Source: a bacterium (GTDB taxonomy: Bacteria > Electryoneota > JAOADG01). From it: a stretch of DNA of 64,000 nt. The stretch lies in NCBI GenBank assembly GCA_963681965.1, contig OY820579.1, positions 2,080,001-2,144,000 on the forward strand, written 5' to 3'. Shown here piece after piece: positions 29,915 through 40,299 of the stretch. The first letter of the stretch is position 1. Each line of letters begins with the position of its first letter. The notes under the pieces are model-generated. The model had not been told where the DNA came from and ran no database searches. It saw only the letters and a list, made by a program, of their open reading frames with translations. The position numbers and the translations under genes are program-made.

Positions 29915-31020
29915 TTTCCACTCCAGATCCGCAGGATATCGTGATAGCTGACAAAGATGACCATCATCAGCAGAAATACAATACCAACTTGTTGAATCTT
30001 GAGCTTTATCTCGATCGGAACCGTCTTTCCCAGCATCGTTTCGATCCAAACCATGGCGATATGACCGCCATCGAGGATTGGGAATGGTAAAATATTGATC
30101 ATTCCGACACTAATCGAAATTAGCATCAAAAAACCGAAGAATGTCATTAACCCGGAGCGTGCCGATTCACCCGACATCTGCGCGATCCCGATCGGTCCGA
30201 CCAGTTCCTTGATCGAAGATGCCCCGGTGAATAACTGCAGGAAGCCGATTGTCGAACCTTTTAAGATCGACCATGCTAATTTATGACCCGCAGCAATTCC
30301 CGGGAAAATCCCCATCGATTCGTAATGAAATCGCGGAGAAATACCAAGGAGTCCTACCTTGCGAACGGTGCCTGTGGAATCCGGTGCATCTTTCAAAAGT
30401 GGAGTGGCTTTACCATGCAGTGTATCGGCGCCGCGTAACCAAGTCAACGTAATTTCTTTTCCACCACTGTTGTGGATGACTTCGGTCAGTGACTCCCATG
30501 TCGGAGTGGGTAGTGAATCGACTGACAGAATTCGATCGTTCGGTTCCAATTTGAGTACGGCACTTGCCGGCATTTTCGGCGACACTGCACCGATAAAGGG
30601 ACCGTCTACAACCGCACGACCCTGTACGAGCACCAGTGAAATCGCAATCAACCAGGCGAACAGAAAATTCATAATCACGCCGGCACTTAGCACCCACACC
30701 TTCTGCAGTGGATTCTTAGCGGCAAATTCATCGTCGGCTCCCGTTATCGCGCTTTCGTCGTCGCCAAACGATTCATCGATTATACCTGCCATTTTTACGT
30801 AGCCGCCAACGGGAATCATGCCAATCTGATAATCGGTTTTTCCGCGACGCCAGGATAGAATTTTCGGGGGAAAGCCAATACTGAAGCGAATTACCCGGAT
30901 CCCGACCGATCGTGCCGCAAGAAAATGCCCGAGTTCGTGAACCAGCACGATGATGCCGATCACGACCAGGAAGGATCCCAATCGGTAAAGAAGGTCGCCG
31001 ATACTCGATAAATCAAACAT
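29911..31020 (-). CDS. rseP: RIP metalloprotease RseP
   Basis: HELGH, GGYVKM, NILP.PILDGG. Confidence 0.95.
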   Translation of the reverse strand: MFDLSSIGDLLYRLGSFLVVIGIIVLVHELGHFLAARSVGIRVIRFSIGFPPKILSWRRGKTDYQIGMIPVGGYVKMAGIIDESFGDDESAITGADDEFAAKNPLQKVWVLSAGVIMNFLFAWLIAISLVLVQGRAVVDGPFIGAVSPKMPASAVLKLEPNDRILSVDSLPTPTWESLTEVIHNSGGKEITLTWLRGADTLHGKATPLLKDAPDSTGTVRKVGLLGISPRFHYESMGIFPGIAAGHKLAWSILKGSTIGFLQLFTGASSIKELVGPIGIAQMSGESARSGLMTFFGFLMLISISVGMINILPFPILDGGHIAMVWIETMLGKTVPIEIKLKIQQVGIVFLLMMVIFVSYHDILRIWSGN

Positions 31021-32179
31021 TACGTGCCCTCTTTATGATTTGTTCGTGAGTCCAACTTCTCACATTCCGATCCAAGTCGAATAATTCATCAAGTGATTCT
31101 GCCGTCGCACCAGCGAAATGAGTCATCGCATCTTCAATTACCGCCGGAATTCCGAGATAGGAAATTCGATTTGCTAGAAACTCCGGAACTGCGATTTCAT
31201 CGGCGGCATTGAACACTGCAGCCATTCCATTGCTACCGTCGAGTGCCTGTTTTGCCAATCGTAATGCCGGAAAGCGCGCTTCATCCGGCGCATAAAAAGT
31301 TAAATCTCGCAATGCCGGTAAATCATTCGGTACATAATCGGCTTCCCAGCGATCGGGATAGGATAATGCAAATTGAATCGGAATGCGCATATCCGGATTA
31401 CTGAGCTGCGCTTTCATCGATCCATCCACATATTCAACCAGCGAATGCACAATCGATTGGGGATGTACTACAACATCCAATTCATTTGAACTTGCCTGAA
31501 ACAACCACTTCGCTTCAATTAACTCCAGACCTTTATTCACTAGTGTCGACGAATCGATCGTTACTTTCGGACCCATTTTCCAAGTCGGATGCTTGAGTGC
31601 AGCCTCCGGAGTTATCTGCCGGAGTTCTTCCAACGGAGTTTCGCGAAACGGTCCGCCCGAGGCGGTAAGAATTAAACGCTTGACCCGCGCTCTTGGTTCG
31701 CCAATCAGCGCTTGAAACAACGCACTATGTTCGGAATCGACCGGAAGTATTGCGGTATTGGTTTTTACCGCTTCACGGGTAACGAATGCACCGCCGCAAA
31801 CCAGTGTCTCCTTGTTTGCCAATACAACCGGTTTTCCATGATGCAATGCCGTCAAAGTCGGAGCCACTCCAGCAGCACCAACCAGTGCATTCAAAACAAT
31901 ATCGACGTCATCGCGACTGCAAATCTCGGCAATCGCCGCATCACCTGATTGCGCTTCGATGCCCGTTCCAGCAAGTGCAGAGCAAAGGTCGGTGTATGCC
32001 GATGACTGCGCAATTACTGCAACTTTCGCACCGACTTGTTTCGCAACCGAGGCTAATTCTTGAACCCGTGAATAACCGATGACCGCTGTAATACACAGCA
32101 GATCGGGATGGCGCGACACTACGTCGATCGTGGATATCCCGATCGATCCCGTAGCGCCAAGTAATGCAATACGTTTCAC
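31013..32179 (-). CDS. dxr: 1-deoxy-D-xylulose-5-phosphate reductoisomerase
   Basis: LGATGSIG, LANKE, PVDSEH, LTASGGPF, HPTW.MG.K. Confidence 0.96.
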   Translation of the reverse strand: MKRIALLGATGSIGISTIDVVSRHPDLLCITAVIGYSRVQELASVAKQVGAKVAVIAQSSAYTDLCSALAGTGIEAQSGDAAIAEICSRDDVDIVLNALVGAAGVAPTLTALHHGKPVVLANKETLVCGGAFVTREAVKTNTAILPVDSEHSALFQALIGEPRARVKRLILTASGGPFRETPLEELRQITPEAALKHPTWKMGPKVTIDSSTLVNKGLELIEAKWLFQASSNELDVVVHPQSIVHSLVEYVDGSMKAQLSNPDMRIPIQFALSYPDRWEADYVPNDLPALRDLTFYAPDEARFPALRLAKQALDGSNGMAAVFNAADEIAVPEFLANRISYLGIPAVIEDAMTHFAGATAESLDELFDLDRNVRSWTHEQIIKRARNV

Positions 32180-32209
32180 TTGTTCTGAACAGCCTACATT
32201 AGCTATTTA

Positions 32210-32875
32210 TCACAACGGAAAATAACCGAGACCTACTGTTACACTCGGAACAAATCCCGGTTTATCGAACGTCGAGGACGGTAAGACCATCCCTTTAAAA
32301 CCGACTTGTAATCCAAACGGTACTGCCGGTGGTTTGATCCGTGCCTGAACCATCACGTGAATACCGATTTTATTCGATTTGCTTAAAATATCGCTAGCTT
32401 TGACTTCGAATTTATCAGATGAATTTTTTAGCAGATCCTTCACTAAATCCTGTCCCGCTACCGGTGGCGTCACTTGCACTCCAGCACCCAATCCGGCAAA
32501 CACCGCAACTGCTGGAATCGAAAATACCTTTTTCTTCAACGTGGCACTGAGTCCGACGCGACCGGCTGTCAGCTCCGGAGAATCGGTTTTTCCGCCTGTC
32601 AAGACAGCGACTTTATATTTTTTAATTGCATATTCGGCATCGAATTGCAATTCATAATCGCTGACACCCATCACCACGAACATCCCAATGCCACTCGGAT
32701 TGGACATCCCATCGCGAATGAGCGTCGCGTCATTGTTGTCGCTCAATTTAAACGTCTTACCGGACAATTCGTTGAATTTCCAGTAATCGCCCACATAATT
32801 GACACCAATACCCACGGTTGCAAACGACTGACCAACCAATAATAATGCAGCGATAATCCAGATCCATCGGCTCAT
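32210..32875 (-). CDS. Putative outer-membrane beta-barrel protein
   Basis: Signal peptide, amphipathic beta strands, aromatic C-terminus (VTVGLGYFPL). Confidence 0.55.
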   Translation of the reverse strand: MSRWIWIIAALLLVGQSFATVGIGVNYVGDYWKFNELSGKTFKLSDNNDATLIRDGMSNPSGIGMFVVMGVSDYELQFDAEYAIKKYKVAVLTGGKTDSPELTAGRVGLSATLKKKVFSIPAVAVFAGLGAGVQVTPPVAGQDLVKDLLKNSSDKFEVKASDILSKSNKIGIHVMVQARIKPPAVPFGLQVGFKGMVLPSSTFDKPGFVPSVTVGLGYFPL

Positions 32876-32895
32876 GATGTTACTCCGTTGTAGTT

Positions 32896-33669
32896 TTACG
32901 CAACTTGATAATCGGCTTCGATCGATTCGGCTAGTTCGATTTCGCAATTCGTTACCGTCGCATCGAAGAGTTTGTGACCCGTGCTTGATAAAACATGGTG
33001 AATTGATGAAATAATCTTGTTGTTATCCGGTACTTCGGAAATTTCTTCAACGATCGAAGTTGCAACAGTCGTTTCATCCGGTTCGCGAGCATTGACTTCG
33101 AAAAAAATTTCTCGCGCCTGAATTCGTGGTCGATGAATTCGCAATGAACCGTGCTGTAATGCTGCGTTGGGAAATCGCCGCTGGGCGCTGCCGAGGATTT
33201 TCCGACCTCGTACAACCGCTTCGTAGCGATTACCACTGGCAAAACAACCGTCGAAATTCGCACCCGGTCGCGATAGCGGTTCGTCGACAAGTTCGACTGG
33301 TATTCCCAAGTCGACCAAAGCGCTTGCCCACCATTCGCCGATCCAGCGATACAGTTCCCACAACGATGGTGATCCTTCGGCTAGGGGAACAACGACGCTG
33401 TAAGTCAGCACGCGATCGTGAACGACTGCTCTACCGCCGGTGGGGCGGCGGCAAATGCCTAACCCCAATGCTGTCAATTTCGAGCGATCGATTCGATCGC
33501 TCTTCTGATGAAATCCCAATGAAACTGTGGCAGGATCCCAGTCGTAAAACCGGATCGTCGGTTCCGTAGTATTTGTCGACATCGCCACATCGATTGCCAT
33601 ATGCAGCGAGCCGCGTCGATCGGAATCGACAATCCAGCGCCAATTACTTGGTGGTTGCCACACCGTCAT
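32896..33669 (-). CDS. Lipoate-protein ligase / octanoyltransferase (LipM-like)
   Basis: MAID, RRPTGGRAVVH, KILGSAQRR, LQHGS. Confidence 0.85.
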   Translation of the reverse strand: MTVWQPPSNWRWIVDSDRRGSLHMAIDVAMSTNTTEPTIRFYDWDPATVSLGFHQKSDRIDRSKLTALGLGICRRPTGGRAVVHDRVLTYSVVVPLAEGSPSLWELYRWIGEWWASALVDLGIPVELVDEPLSRPGANFDGCFASGNRYEAVVRGRKILGSAQRRFPNAALQHGSLRIHRPRIQAREIFFEVNAREPDETTVATSIVEEISEVPDNNKIISSIHHVLSSTGHKLFDATVTNCEIELAESIEADYQVA

Positions 33670-34474
33670 CGTCCGAGCGATCGAATGCGCCGCGTCGTCC
33701 GCCACCGATGACACCGCGCTTCGTTCCTTCGAAAAAGTCGAATACCAGTTTCGTTTCAGGAATCATCGGAACTTCCTGTTTTGCCCGTTCCAAGCCCTGA
33801 GTTATGTTCAGACCGGAGCGATACAAAATGCGGTACAACTGGTGTAACGCGCGCAACGTCTGCTGCGAAAATCCTTTGCGTCGAAGACCGACGACATTCA
33901 GATTGGAAAACCGTAACGGCTCGCCGACCGCCAACGAATATGGCGGTACATCTTTCGGTACCCGATACCCGCCACCGATGAAGCTATACGAGCCAATCCG
34001 GACAAACTGGTGAATCGGAACCAATCCGCCGATATTGACAAAATCGCCAATTTCGGTATGACCTGCCATATTCACACTATTTGCCAAAATCACGTTCTTG
34101 CCAACGATACAGTCGTGTGCCACGTGAGCATACGCCATCAACATGCAACCTTCGCCGATGGTGGTCTCACCGTGTGCCGAAGTGCCGCGATTGATCGTAA
34201 CAAATTCCCGAATCATACAGTCGCTTCCGACTACGGCGATAGTATGTTCACTCTTGAATTTCAAATCCTGAGGATCGGTACCGATCACTGCTCCGTGGCT
34301 AATGCGGCAGCGTTCGCCGATTCGGGCATATTGCGTGATGAGTGCGTTGGATGCGATGCTAGTATCGGCGCCGATAATCGCACCACCTTCGACGACTGTA
34401 TTGGGACCAATCTTTACGCCGTCGTGGATTTCTGCTTTGGAATCGACAATTGCCGATGGATGAATTTCAATCAT
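33644..34474 (-). CDS. lpxA: UDP-N-acetylglucosamine acyltransferase
   Basis: IHPSAIV, PQDLKF, IREFVTINRGT, HVAHDC, HQFVRIG. Confidence 0.96.
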   Translation of the reverse strand: MIEIHPSAIVDSKAEIHDGVKIGPNTVVEGGAIIGADTSIASNALITQYARIGERCRISHGAVIGTDPQDLKFKSEHTIAVVGSDCMIREFVTINRGTSAHGETTIGEGCMLMAYAHVAHDCIVGKNVILANSVNMAGHTEIGDFVNIGGLVPIHQFVRIGSYSFIGGGYRVPKDVPPYSLAVGEPLRFSNLNVVGLRRKGFSQQTLRALHQLYRILYRSGLNITQGLERAKQEVPMIPETKLVFDFFEGTKRGVIGGGRRGAFDRSDDDGVATTK

Positions 34475-34565
34475 GTTGCTCTCTCGAACTACGTTGGTGA
34501 TTTTTGTTTTCTGCGCTGAATCGAACCTACAGTTCAGATCTTCAGTTAAGTTTTAATTAAACCGA

Positions 34566-35975
34566 TTAACTTTGAGTCGGATTGCGGTCGACGATCGCCG
34601 CGGACATCTCCGCTTCGGCAACAAGTGTATTGGCTACGTAAGCGCGTCCCTTCATCACACACATATTACGGCGCATCGACATCAACTCGACTCGAATAAA
34701 TAATTGATCGCCGGGAGTTACGGTTCGGCGGAATTTTACTTTGTCCAAACCGGTAAAGTATACCAGTTTTTCTCCGGGATTGGCTGACGAATTCAACAGC
34801 AGAATACCGCCGACTTGACCCATGGCTTCGACGATCAGGACGCCCGGCATAACCGGTCGACCGGGGAAGTGTCCTTGAAAAAATGGCTCGTTAATCGATA
34901 CATTTTTTACACCGGTGACATATTCCTGCGGCACCAATTCCAATACGCGATCTACCAATAAGAACGGATAGCGATGGGGTAAAATGCGTTGGATCGCTTC
35001 GATATCGAATACAAAATCGTGCGTCGATTGGATCTGGTACTTCTTAACCATCTGCTCGGTTTTGTAAATCTTGCTGAGCATTTTTGTCAACTCGACGTGT
35101 GCACCGTGTCCGGCACGGGCTGCGAGTACATGCCCCTTTATCGGCAGCCCGAGTAAAGCTAAATCACCGATTAGATCGACTACTTTATGACGGACAGGTT
35201 CGTTGTAATACCGCAATTCCAAATCGCCCAGAATTCCATTTAGCGTGATCTCGTATTCGGCTGGAACTTCGAATTCCTTGCGTAACCGACCTTCCTCTTC
35301 CGGTTTGACTTCGTGATCGACAAAGACACAGGCGTTGTCGTACATCCCGCCTTGAATCAGGTTGTTCCGTTTCAAGTACTCGACTTCGCTTAAAAGACAG
35401 AATGTTCGCGATGCGGCGAAATCGTCGATGTATTCCTTGTCGAGATCGTAAAGCGAAGTGTATTGCGTTCCAATCTTGGGGTGTTTGTATTCGATCATGT
35501 AGGTGACGCGAAATTCGTCGCTCGGAACGACAACGATATCGGTACGGGTTTCTTCATTGTGATAGATTACCGTCCGATCGACGTTGAAATATTTCTTCGG
35601 AGCATCCTGAGTAATCACGACTGCCTGTTTCAGCGCATTCACGAATGGGATCGCCGAGCCATCGACGCGCGGTGGTTCCGGAGCATCCAATTCAATTAGA
35701 ATATTGTCAATCTGCATTCCCGCAATCGCCGAAAGTACGTGTTCTACGGTATGCACTTTCGCTTCGCCATTCGATAAGGTGGTTCCACGCTGGATGTCGG
35801 TGACATAATCGATCAATGCCGGGATCACTTCACTGCCGGGCAGATCCACCCGTTTGAAGACGATGCCGTGATCGATCGGAGCGGGTTTGAATCGAATCGT
35901 CGATTTACAGCCAGTATGCAAACCGATACCGGAAATTTCATTCTCAAATTGAATTGTGCGCTGTTTAATGTTCAT
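34566..35975 (-). CDS. lpxC-fabZ: Bifunctional LpxC-FabZ
   Basis: KQRT..GIGLHTG, TVEH, RHKVVD (LpxC) then LPHRYPFLLVD, FFQGHFP (FabZ). Confidence 0.95.
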   Translation of the reverse strand: MNIKQRTIQFENEISGIGLHTGCKSTIRFKPAPIDHGIVFKRVDLPGSEVIPALIDYVTDIQRGTTLSNGEAKVHTVEHVLSAIAGMQIDNILIELDAPEPPRVDGSAIPFVNALKQAVVITQDAPKKYFNVDRTVIYHNEETRTDIVVVPSDEFRVTYMIEYKHPKIGTQYTSLYDLDKEYIDDFAASRTFCLLSEVEYLKRNNLIQGGMYDNACVFVDHEVKPEEEGRLRKEFEVPAEYEITLNGILGDLELRYYNEPVRHKVVDLIGDLALLGLPIKGHVLAARAGHGAHVELTKMLSKIYKTEQMVKKYQIQSTHDFVFDIEAIQRILPHRYPFLLVDRVLELVPQEYVTGVKNVSINEPFFQGHFPGRPVMPGVLIVEAMGQVGGILLLNSSANPGEKLVYFTGLDKVKFRRTVTPGDQLFIRVELMSMRRNMCVMKGRAYVANTLVAEAEMSAAIVDRNPTQS

Positions 35976-35987
35976 CGGGCTTTCCAG

Positions 35988-37010
35988 TTAAATTTTTTGT
36001 TCCAATTTCTTTACGCGATCGAATAAGTCCGGTAGTTGTTTCCATAACACTGCGATTTTGAGCATTAAGCGATGGGGAATTGCCGGCGTACCCCAGACCG
36101 TGGTTTCGTCATGTACACTGCCGGTTACACCGGATTGTGCGGCGATCGTGGCATGATCGACGGTTTCAATATGACCATTAAATCCAACTTGTCCACCGAT
36201 CCGGTTATAGGCACCGATCCGCGTCGAACCGGAAACGCCGGTTTGAGCGGCGATTACAGTATGGGCACCAACCCGCACGTTGTGGGCGATATGCACCATA
36301 TTATCTAATTTCGTCCCGGTTTCGATGATCGTTGCACCACTCAATGCCCGATCGACACAAGCATTCGCACCGATTGATACGCCATCTTGCAACACCACGG
36401 TTCCGAGTTGAGGAACTGCTTGGTAAACGCCATTGGCATCGGGTAAAAACGCAAATCCTTCCGACCCGATCACTGCCCCTTCTTTGACGACGACGCGATT
36501 TCGCAATTCGACGCGATCGCGCAGGGAAACTTGCGGATAGATACGGCACTGCTCGCCTATTTGAACTTCCCGTCCAACCCAGACGTGTCCATATAAAATT
36601 GTCCCGGAACCGATCGTCGAATTATCGCCTATTACACAGAGGGGACCGATCGATACATTTTCACCGAGAGTGACATTCGTTCCGATGACGGCGGTAGGGT
36701 GAATACCGGTTGGTTCCGGTAACGGAGGATGAAATCTCGGCAATAAAGTCTGGAATACCGCATAGGGATTTTCCACGCGGATGAGTGAGCAACCGATTGC
36801 CGGTTCATCCGGCTTCACCAGAATTGCGGAAGCGTGGCTCTTGACTGCAGCAGCACGATAACGTTGGTCTTGCAGAAATGAGAGTTCGCCGGATTGGGCA
36901 TCTTCCAATCGTGCCAACCGTTCGATCACGACATCGTCCCCAATAAGGGTGCCGTGAAATTCGGTTGCGATTTCCGAAAGCATCATCCGCATAATTAGTC
37001 CTATCGTCAT
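35988..37010 (-). CDS. lpxD: UDP-3-O-acylglucosamine N-acyltransferase (start may be a few codons downstream)
   Basis: Hexapeptide repeats, GSEGFAF, KLDNMVHIAHNV, AQTGVSGS. Confidence 0.95.
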   Translation of the reverse strand: MTIGLIMRMMLSEIATEFHGTLIGDDVVIERLARLEDAQSGELSFLQDQRYRAAAVKSHASAILVKPDEPAIGCSLIRVENPYAVFQTLLPRFHPPLPEPTGIHPTAVIGTNVTLGENVSIGPLCVIGDNSTIGSGTILYGHVWVGREVQIGEQCRIYPQVSLRDRVELRNRVVVKEGAVIGSEGFAFLPDANGVYQAVPQLGTVVLQDGVSIGANACVDRALSGATIIETGTKLDNMVHIAHNVRVGAHTVIAAQTGVSGSTRIGAYNRIGGQVGFNGHIETVDHATIAAQSGVTGSVHDETTVWGTPAIPHRLMLKIAVLWKQLPDLFDRVKKLEQKI

Positions 37011-37041
37011 CTATAGCGGTTCTAAAATAAGTTGCCATCGG

Positions 37042-37094
37042 GTTGGGGCTAACCCCCGAGTCCGCCAGCAGGTCAAGCGAAGCCTGACACCGAA
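37042..37094 (+). repeat. Degenerate REP with same tail as 17731 element
   Basis: GTTGGGGCTAACCCCCGAGTCCGCC...CGAAGCCTGACACCGAA. Confidence 0.6.
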
Positions 37095-37314
37095 GCACAA
37101 ATTGAATTATGACAGCTTATTTCACCGATACTCTACCTGCAAATTCTAGGTAGTATCGAACAATCGACCCAAACCAGTAAAATAAGCGGAAAACTACCCC
37201 GTTCAAACCCCTATGAGCTAGCTGTGCAGGCTTAGTTCAGCCTGCACAGTAGATGCGAATATCGTAGTATCTTGAAAAAAACGTCTAAAAGCAAGTAAAT
37301 CGGATCGAAATTCG

Positions 37315-37863
37315 TTATTTTTTCGAAAGTTCCTCAATAATTCGACTCGTTAAATCGTCAGACGGTTTTGCATAGACCACACCACCGGGAACGACATCGA
37401 AAATGATATCATAGCCGTCCTGTTCACCAACTTTCTTGATGATACCGTTGACTTTGTCCAAAATCGGCTTAGTAAGTTCTGAATTACGCTGGTAAAGCTT
37501 CCCTTCGGGACCCCAAGTGTCCTGTTGAAACTTCTTCAGAGCGTCCATTTTGGTGAGAATCTCAGTCTCTTTGTCCTTTTTCTTCTCATCCGTCATCATC
37601 GCCGACTGTTTTTCGTAGAGGTCGCGCAATTTTTCGATTTCGGTCTTCAATGAATCGGCTTTCTTGGAATACTCGCCTTCTTCCTTCTCCAGTTTCTTTT
37701 GTGCTTCTTGCGATTCTGAGAAATCAGCCATGATCTGTTGACTATTGATATATCCAATTTTAGTGTCTTTGGCTGAGGCGATCTTCCACGATGACACACC
37801 GGCTAACAGTGCCACGACGGCGAAACAGTGAATCCATTTCATTCGATTAGTTCTCCATTGCAT
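37315..37863 (-). CDS. skp: OmpH/Skp periplasmic chaperone
   Basis: KIGYIN, coiled coil, GYDIIFD...DLT; follows bamA. Confidence 0.9.
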   Translation of the reverse strand: MQWRTNRMKWIHCFAVVALLAGVSSWKIASAKDTKIGYINSQQIMADFSESQEAQKKLEKEEGEYSKKADSLKTEIEKLRDLYEKQSAMMTDEKKKDKETEILTKMDALKKFQQDTWGPEGKLYQRNSELTKPILDKVNGIIKKVGEQDGYDIIFDVVPGGVVYAKPSDDLTSRIIEELSKK

Positions 37864-37916
37864 TGCTTGAACGATTTCTCAAGCGGTTATCGATCCATTA
37901 ATAAAAAAAATCTTCG

Positions 37917-40292
37917 CTAGAAGCCGCGACCGAATTGGAAGTGCGGCATCCATTCCCCTTGCCGATTGCCTTTGCTATCGGAATTATCAAATCCGTAGGC
38001 ATAATCCAAGCCGATCAAACCGACCATCGGCATAAATATTCGGACTCCCAAACCGGCGGAGCGCTTTAAATTACCCGGGTTGAGGTCGATTGGTGAAATC
38101 CAGACGTTGCCCGCTTCGGCAAACATCAAACCGTAAATCGTGGGATTAGGTACGATCGGAACCCGCAATTCTAGTGCTTGCTTGAAATACGATTTTCCGC
38201 CAATCGCGTAATCGCCCGATCTCGTTTGCGGTCCAATCGCACGCTCGTTATAGCCGCGTAATGGTACACCCAGACCCAAACCGGAACCACCCATGAAGAA
38301 ATAGTCAACATACGGAATATCGCGGGGATTTCCACTTAACCCGTTCATCATACCGGCTTCGGTTGATGAATACAAGACAAACTTCAAGAATGCGTGCTGA
38401 TACCATTCGCTGCTGATAGTCGTTTTGTAGTAACGGTCGTTTCCACCGAGAAATCCCCCCGACCAGGTTAAACCGATCGTTTGCACCGATCCTGTCGTCG
38501 GGAATTCGGGATTGTCGCGACTATCGCGCGTTAAAACCTGAGTCAGCGTGCTGCTGAGACGCGGTTTGTCTTCTTCGAGACTGTTGATATTGTTGGCAAT
38601 AAAGTCCGATGTAAAATTCGTGTAGACCGCTCGCTCCAAGGTGTAGTTGTAATTAACCTTGCAATAATCGTCGGGCCAGGTCAATCGCCGTCCTAAACGG
38701 AACGAACCACCATTTTGCAATTCGTCGAATCCGTAATACGACCCCCCGCGCCGTTGCGAATACAACGTTCCGCCGATAGATGTTTGCGGATAGGTCAAAT
38801 ACGGTTCATCGAAACTGATCGAGAAATTCCGGTAATACGATCCGAAGCTCCAATCGAATGAGAAGCGTTGTCCATTGCCCATAAAGTTCGGCATCGTAAA
38901 GCCAATCGAACCGATCGCACCGTCGCGTTGACTGTAGCCGACTTGCATGTTTGCCTGACTAGTTTGTTTTTCGGTAACGTCAAGTTTCAGGTCGACTTCT
39001 TTTTCGCCCGCAGGCAATACTTGCGGTTCGACGTTGCTAAAGAAATTCAGAATCGTTAACTCGCGAACTGAACGTTGCAATTTCGAGCGATCGAAGGTTT
39101 CACCCGGCAATTGCACGATTTCCCGTCGAATGACATGGTCTTTGGTGGTGGTGTTGCCGGAAATATCGATTCGGCGGACTTTGAATTCTGCACCTTCGCC
39201 GATTTCAATTTTAACATTCAACGTATCGATTTGTTTCGATCCCGCCACTGGAATTAGCGTCGGTTGGATCTGAGCCGCCAGATAACCCTTGTCCAAGTAT
39301 GAACCGCGGATCGCTTCGGTGACGCCGATATCCAATTTTTCTTCGGCGAATTTATCGCCACGGCGCACGTCGATTTTCGATTTCAATTCGTCATCGGTGA
39401 AGATCGAGTTGCCGGTAAATGTGACATCCCCGAAATAGTATAATGGTCCCGGATCGACAGTCACTTTGATCGACAACGATTTGCCGTTCTTGGCGTATTC
39501 GATCGTGTCTTTGATCACCTGTCCATCGCGATAACCGTGATTGCGGAAAAACGCTGCCACTAATTTCTTGTCGTCTTCGAATTGCGATTTATCGAATTTT
39601 CCGGTGCGAAAAACAAAAATGCGTTGCTTGGTGTCTTTGAACTGCTTGCGCAATTTACCTTGTGAGAACGGCAATTTCGAACCGTCGCTCGAGACGAATT
39701 CGATTTTGGCGATTCGAATTTTTTTGTGTTCTTGAATCGTTGTTTCAAGGCATTTTGTCGTTGGGAGTGTACCGTCGACTATTTTCGTGTCGATCTCGAC
39801 CGACAGATATCCTTCTTCGGCATACATCTCGCGGATAATTTTATTGGCGCGAAAAATATCGACATCACGCAATGTCTGACCGCGATTCAATTTCACTTTA
39901 TCGCGGATATCGTCGACTTTGATTTTCTTGGCTCCGGAAATCTTCCAATTTTCCATTCGCGGATATTCGCGTACTTTGATCACAAGATACCAACCGTCGC
40001 CGGTTTCACGTTCCTTGACAATCTCGATATCGGAGAATAGTTTCAGTTTCCAGAGTGATCGTATACCCTCTTGCACGTCGTCACCGGTTACATACATTCC
40101 CGGCAGCAAACCACTTTGTTTGATCACCATACTGCTATCGACAGTAAGTCGTCCACCCAGCGCTTCGATGTGTATATCCAGAACCCGCACTTTCGGTGCG
40201 TCACCTTCGCTGCTCTTTGATTTGCTGTCGGCAGCAAAACTGGAACAAAACGAAAAAAGCGTCAAAGCGATGAGAACCCAAATATGTTTCAT
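37917..40292 (-). CDS. bamA: Outer membrane protein assembly factor BamA
   Basis: POTRA repeats (GNTTTKDHVIRRE), LRGY motif, C-terminal FQFGRGF. Confidence 0.95.
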   Translation of the reverse strand: MKHIWVLIALTLFSFCSSFAADSKSKSSEGDAPKVRVLDIHIEALGGRLTVDSSMVIKQSGLLPGMYVTGDDVQEGIRSLWKLKLFSDIEIVKERETGDGWYLVIKVREYPRMENWKISGAKKIKVDDIRDKVKLNRGQTLRDVDIFRANKIIREMYAEEGYLSVEIDTKIVDGTLPTTKCLETTIQEHKKIRIAKIEFVSSDGSKLPFSQGKLRKQFKDTKQRIFVFRTGKFDKSQFEDDKKLVAAFFRNHGYRDGQVIKDTIEYAKNGKSLSIKVTVDPGPLYYFGDVTFTGNSIFTDDELKSKIDVRRGDKFAEEKLDIGVTEAIRGSYLDKGYLAAQIQPTLIPVAGSKQIDTLNVKIEIGEGAEFKVRRIDISGNTTTKDHVIRREIVQLPGETFDRSKLQRSVRELTILNFFSNVEPQVLPAGEKEVDLKLDVTEKQTSQANMQVGYSQRDGAIGSIGFTMPNFMGNGQRFSFDWSFGSYYRNFSISFDEPYLTYPQTSIGGTLYSQRRGGSYYGFDELQNGGSFRLGRRLTWPDDYCKVNYNYTLERAVYTNFTSDFIANNINSLEEDKPRLSSTLTQVLTRDSRDNPEFPTTGSVQTIGLTWSGGFLGGNDRYYKTTISSEWYQHAFLKFVLYSSTEAGMMNGLSGNPRDIPYVDYFFMGGSGLGLGVPLRGYNERAIGPQTRSGDYAIGGKSYFKQALELRVPIVPNPTIYGLMFAEAGNVWISPIDLNPGNLKRSAGLGVRIFMPMVGLIGLDYAYGFDNSDSKGNRQGEWMPHFQFGRGF

Positions 40293-40299
40293 ATTGCCA

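Noticed and set aside
34566-35975. lpxC-fabZ fusion as a novelty
   Set aside because: Well known in Bacteroidota/Chlorobiota and relatives
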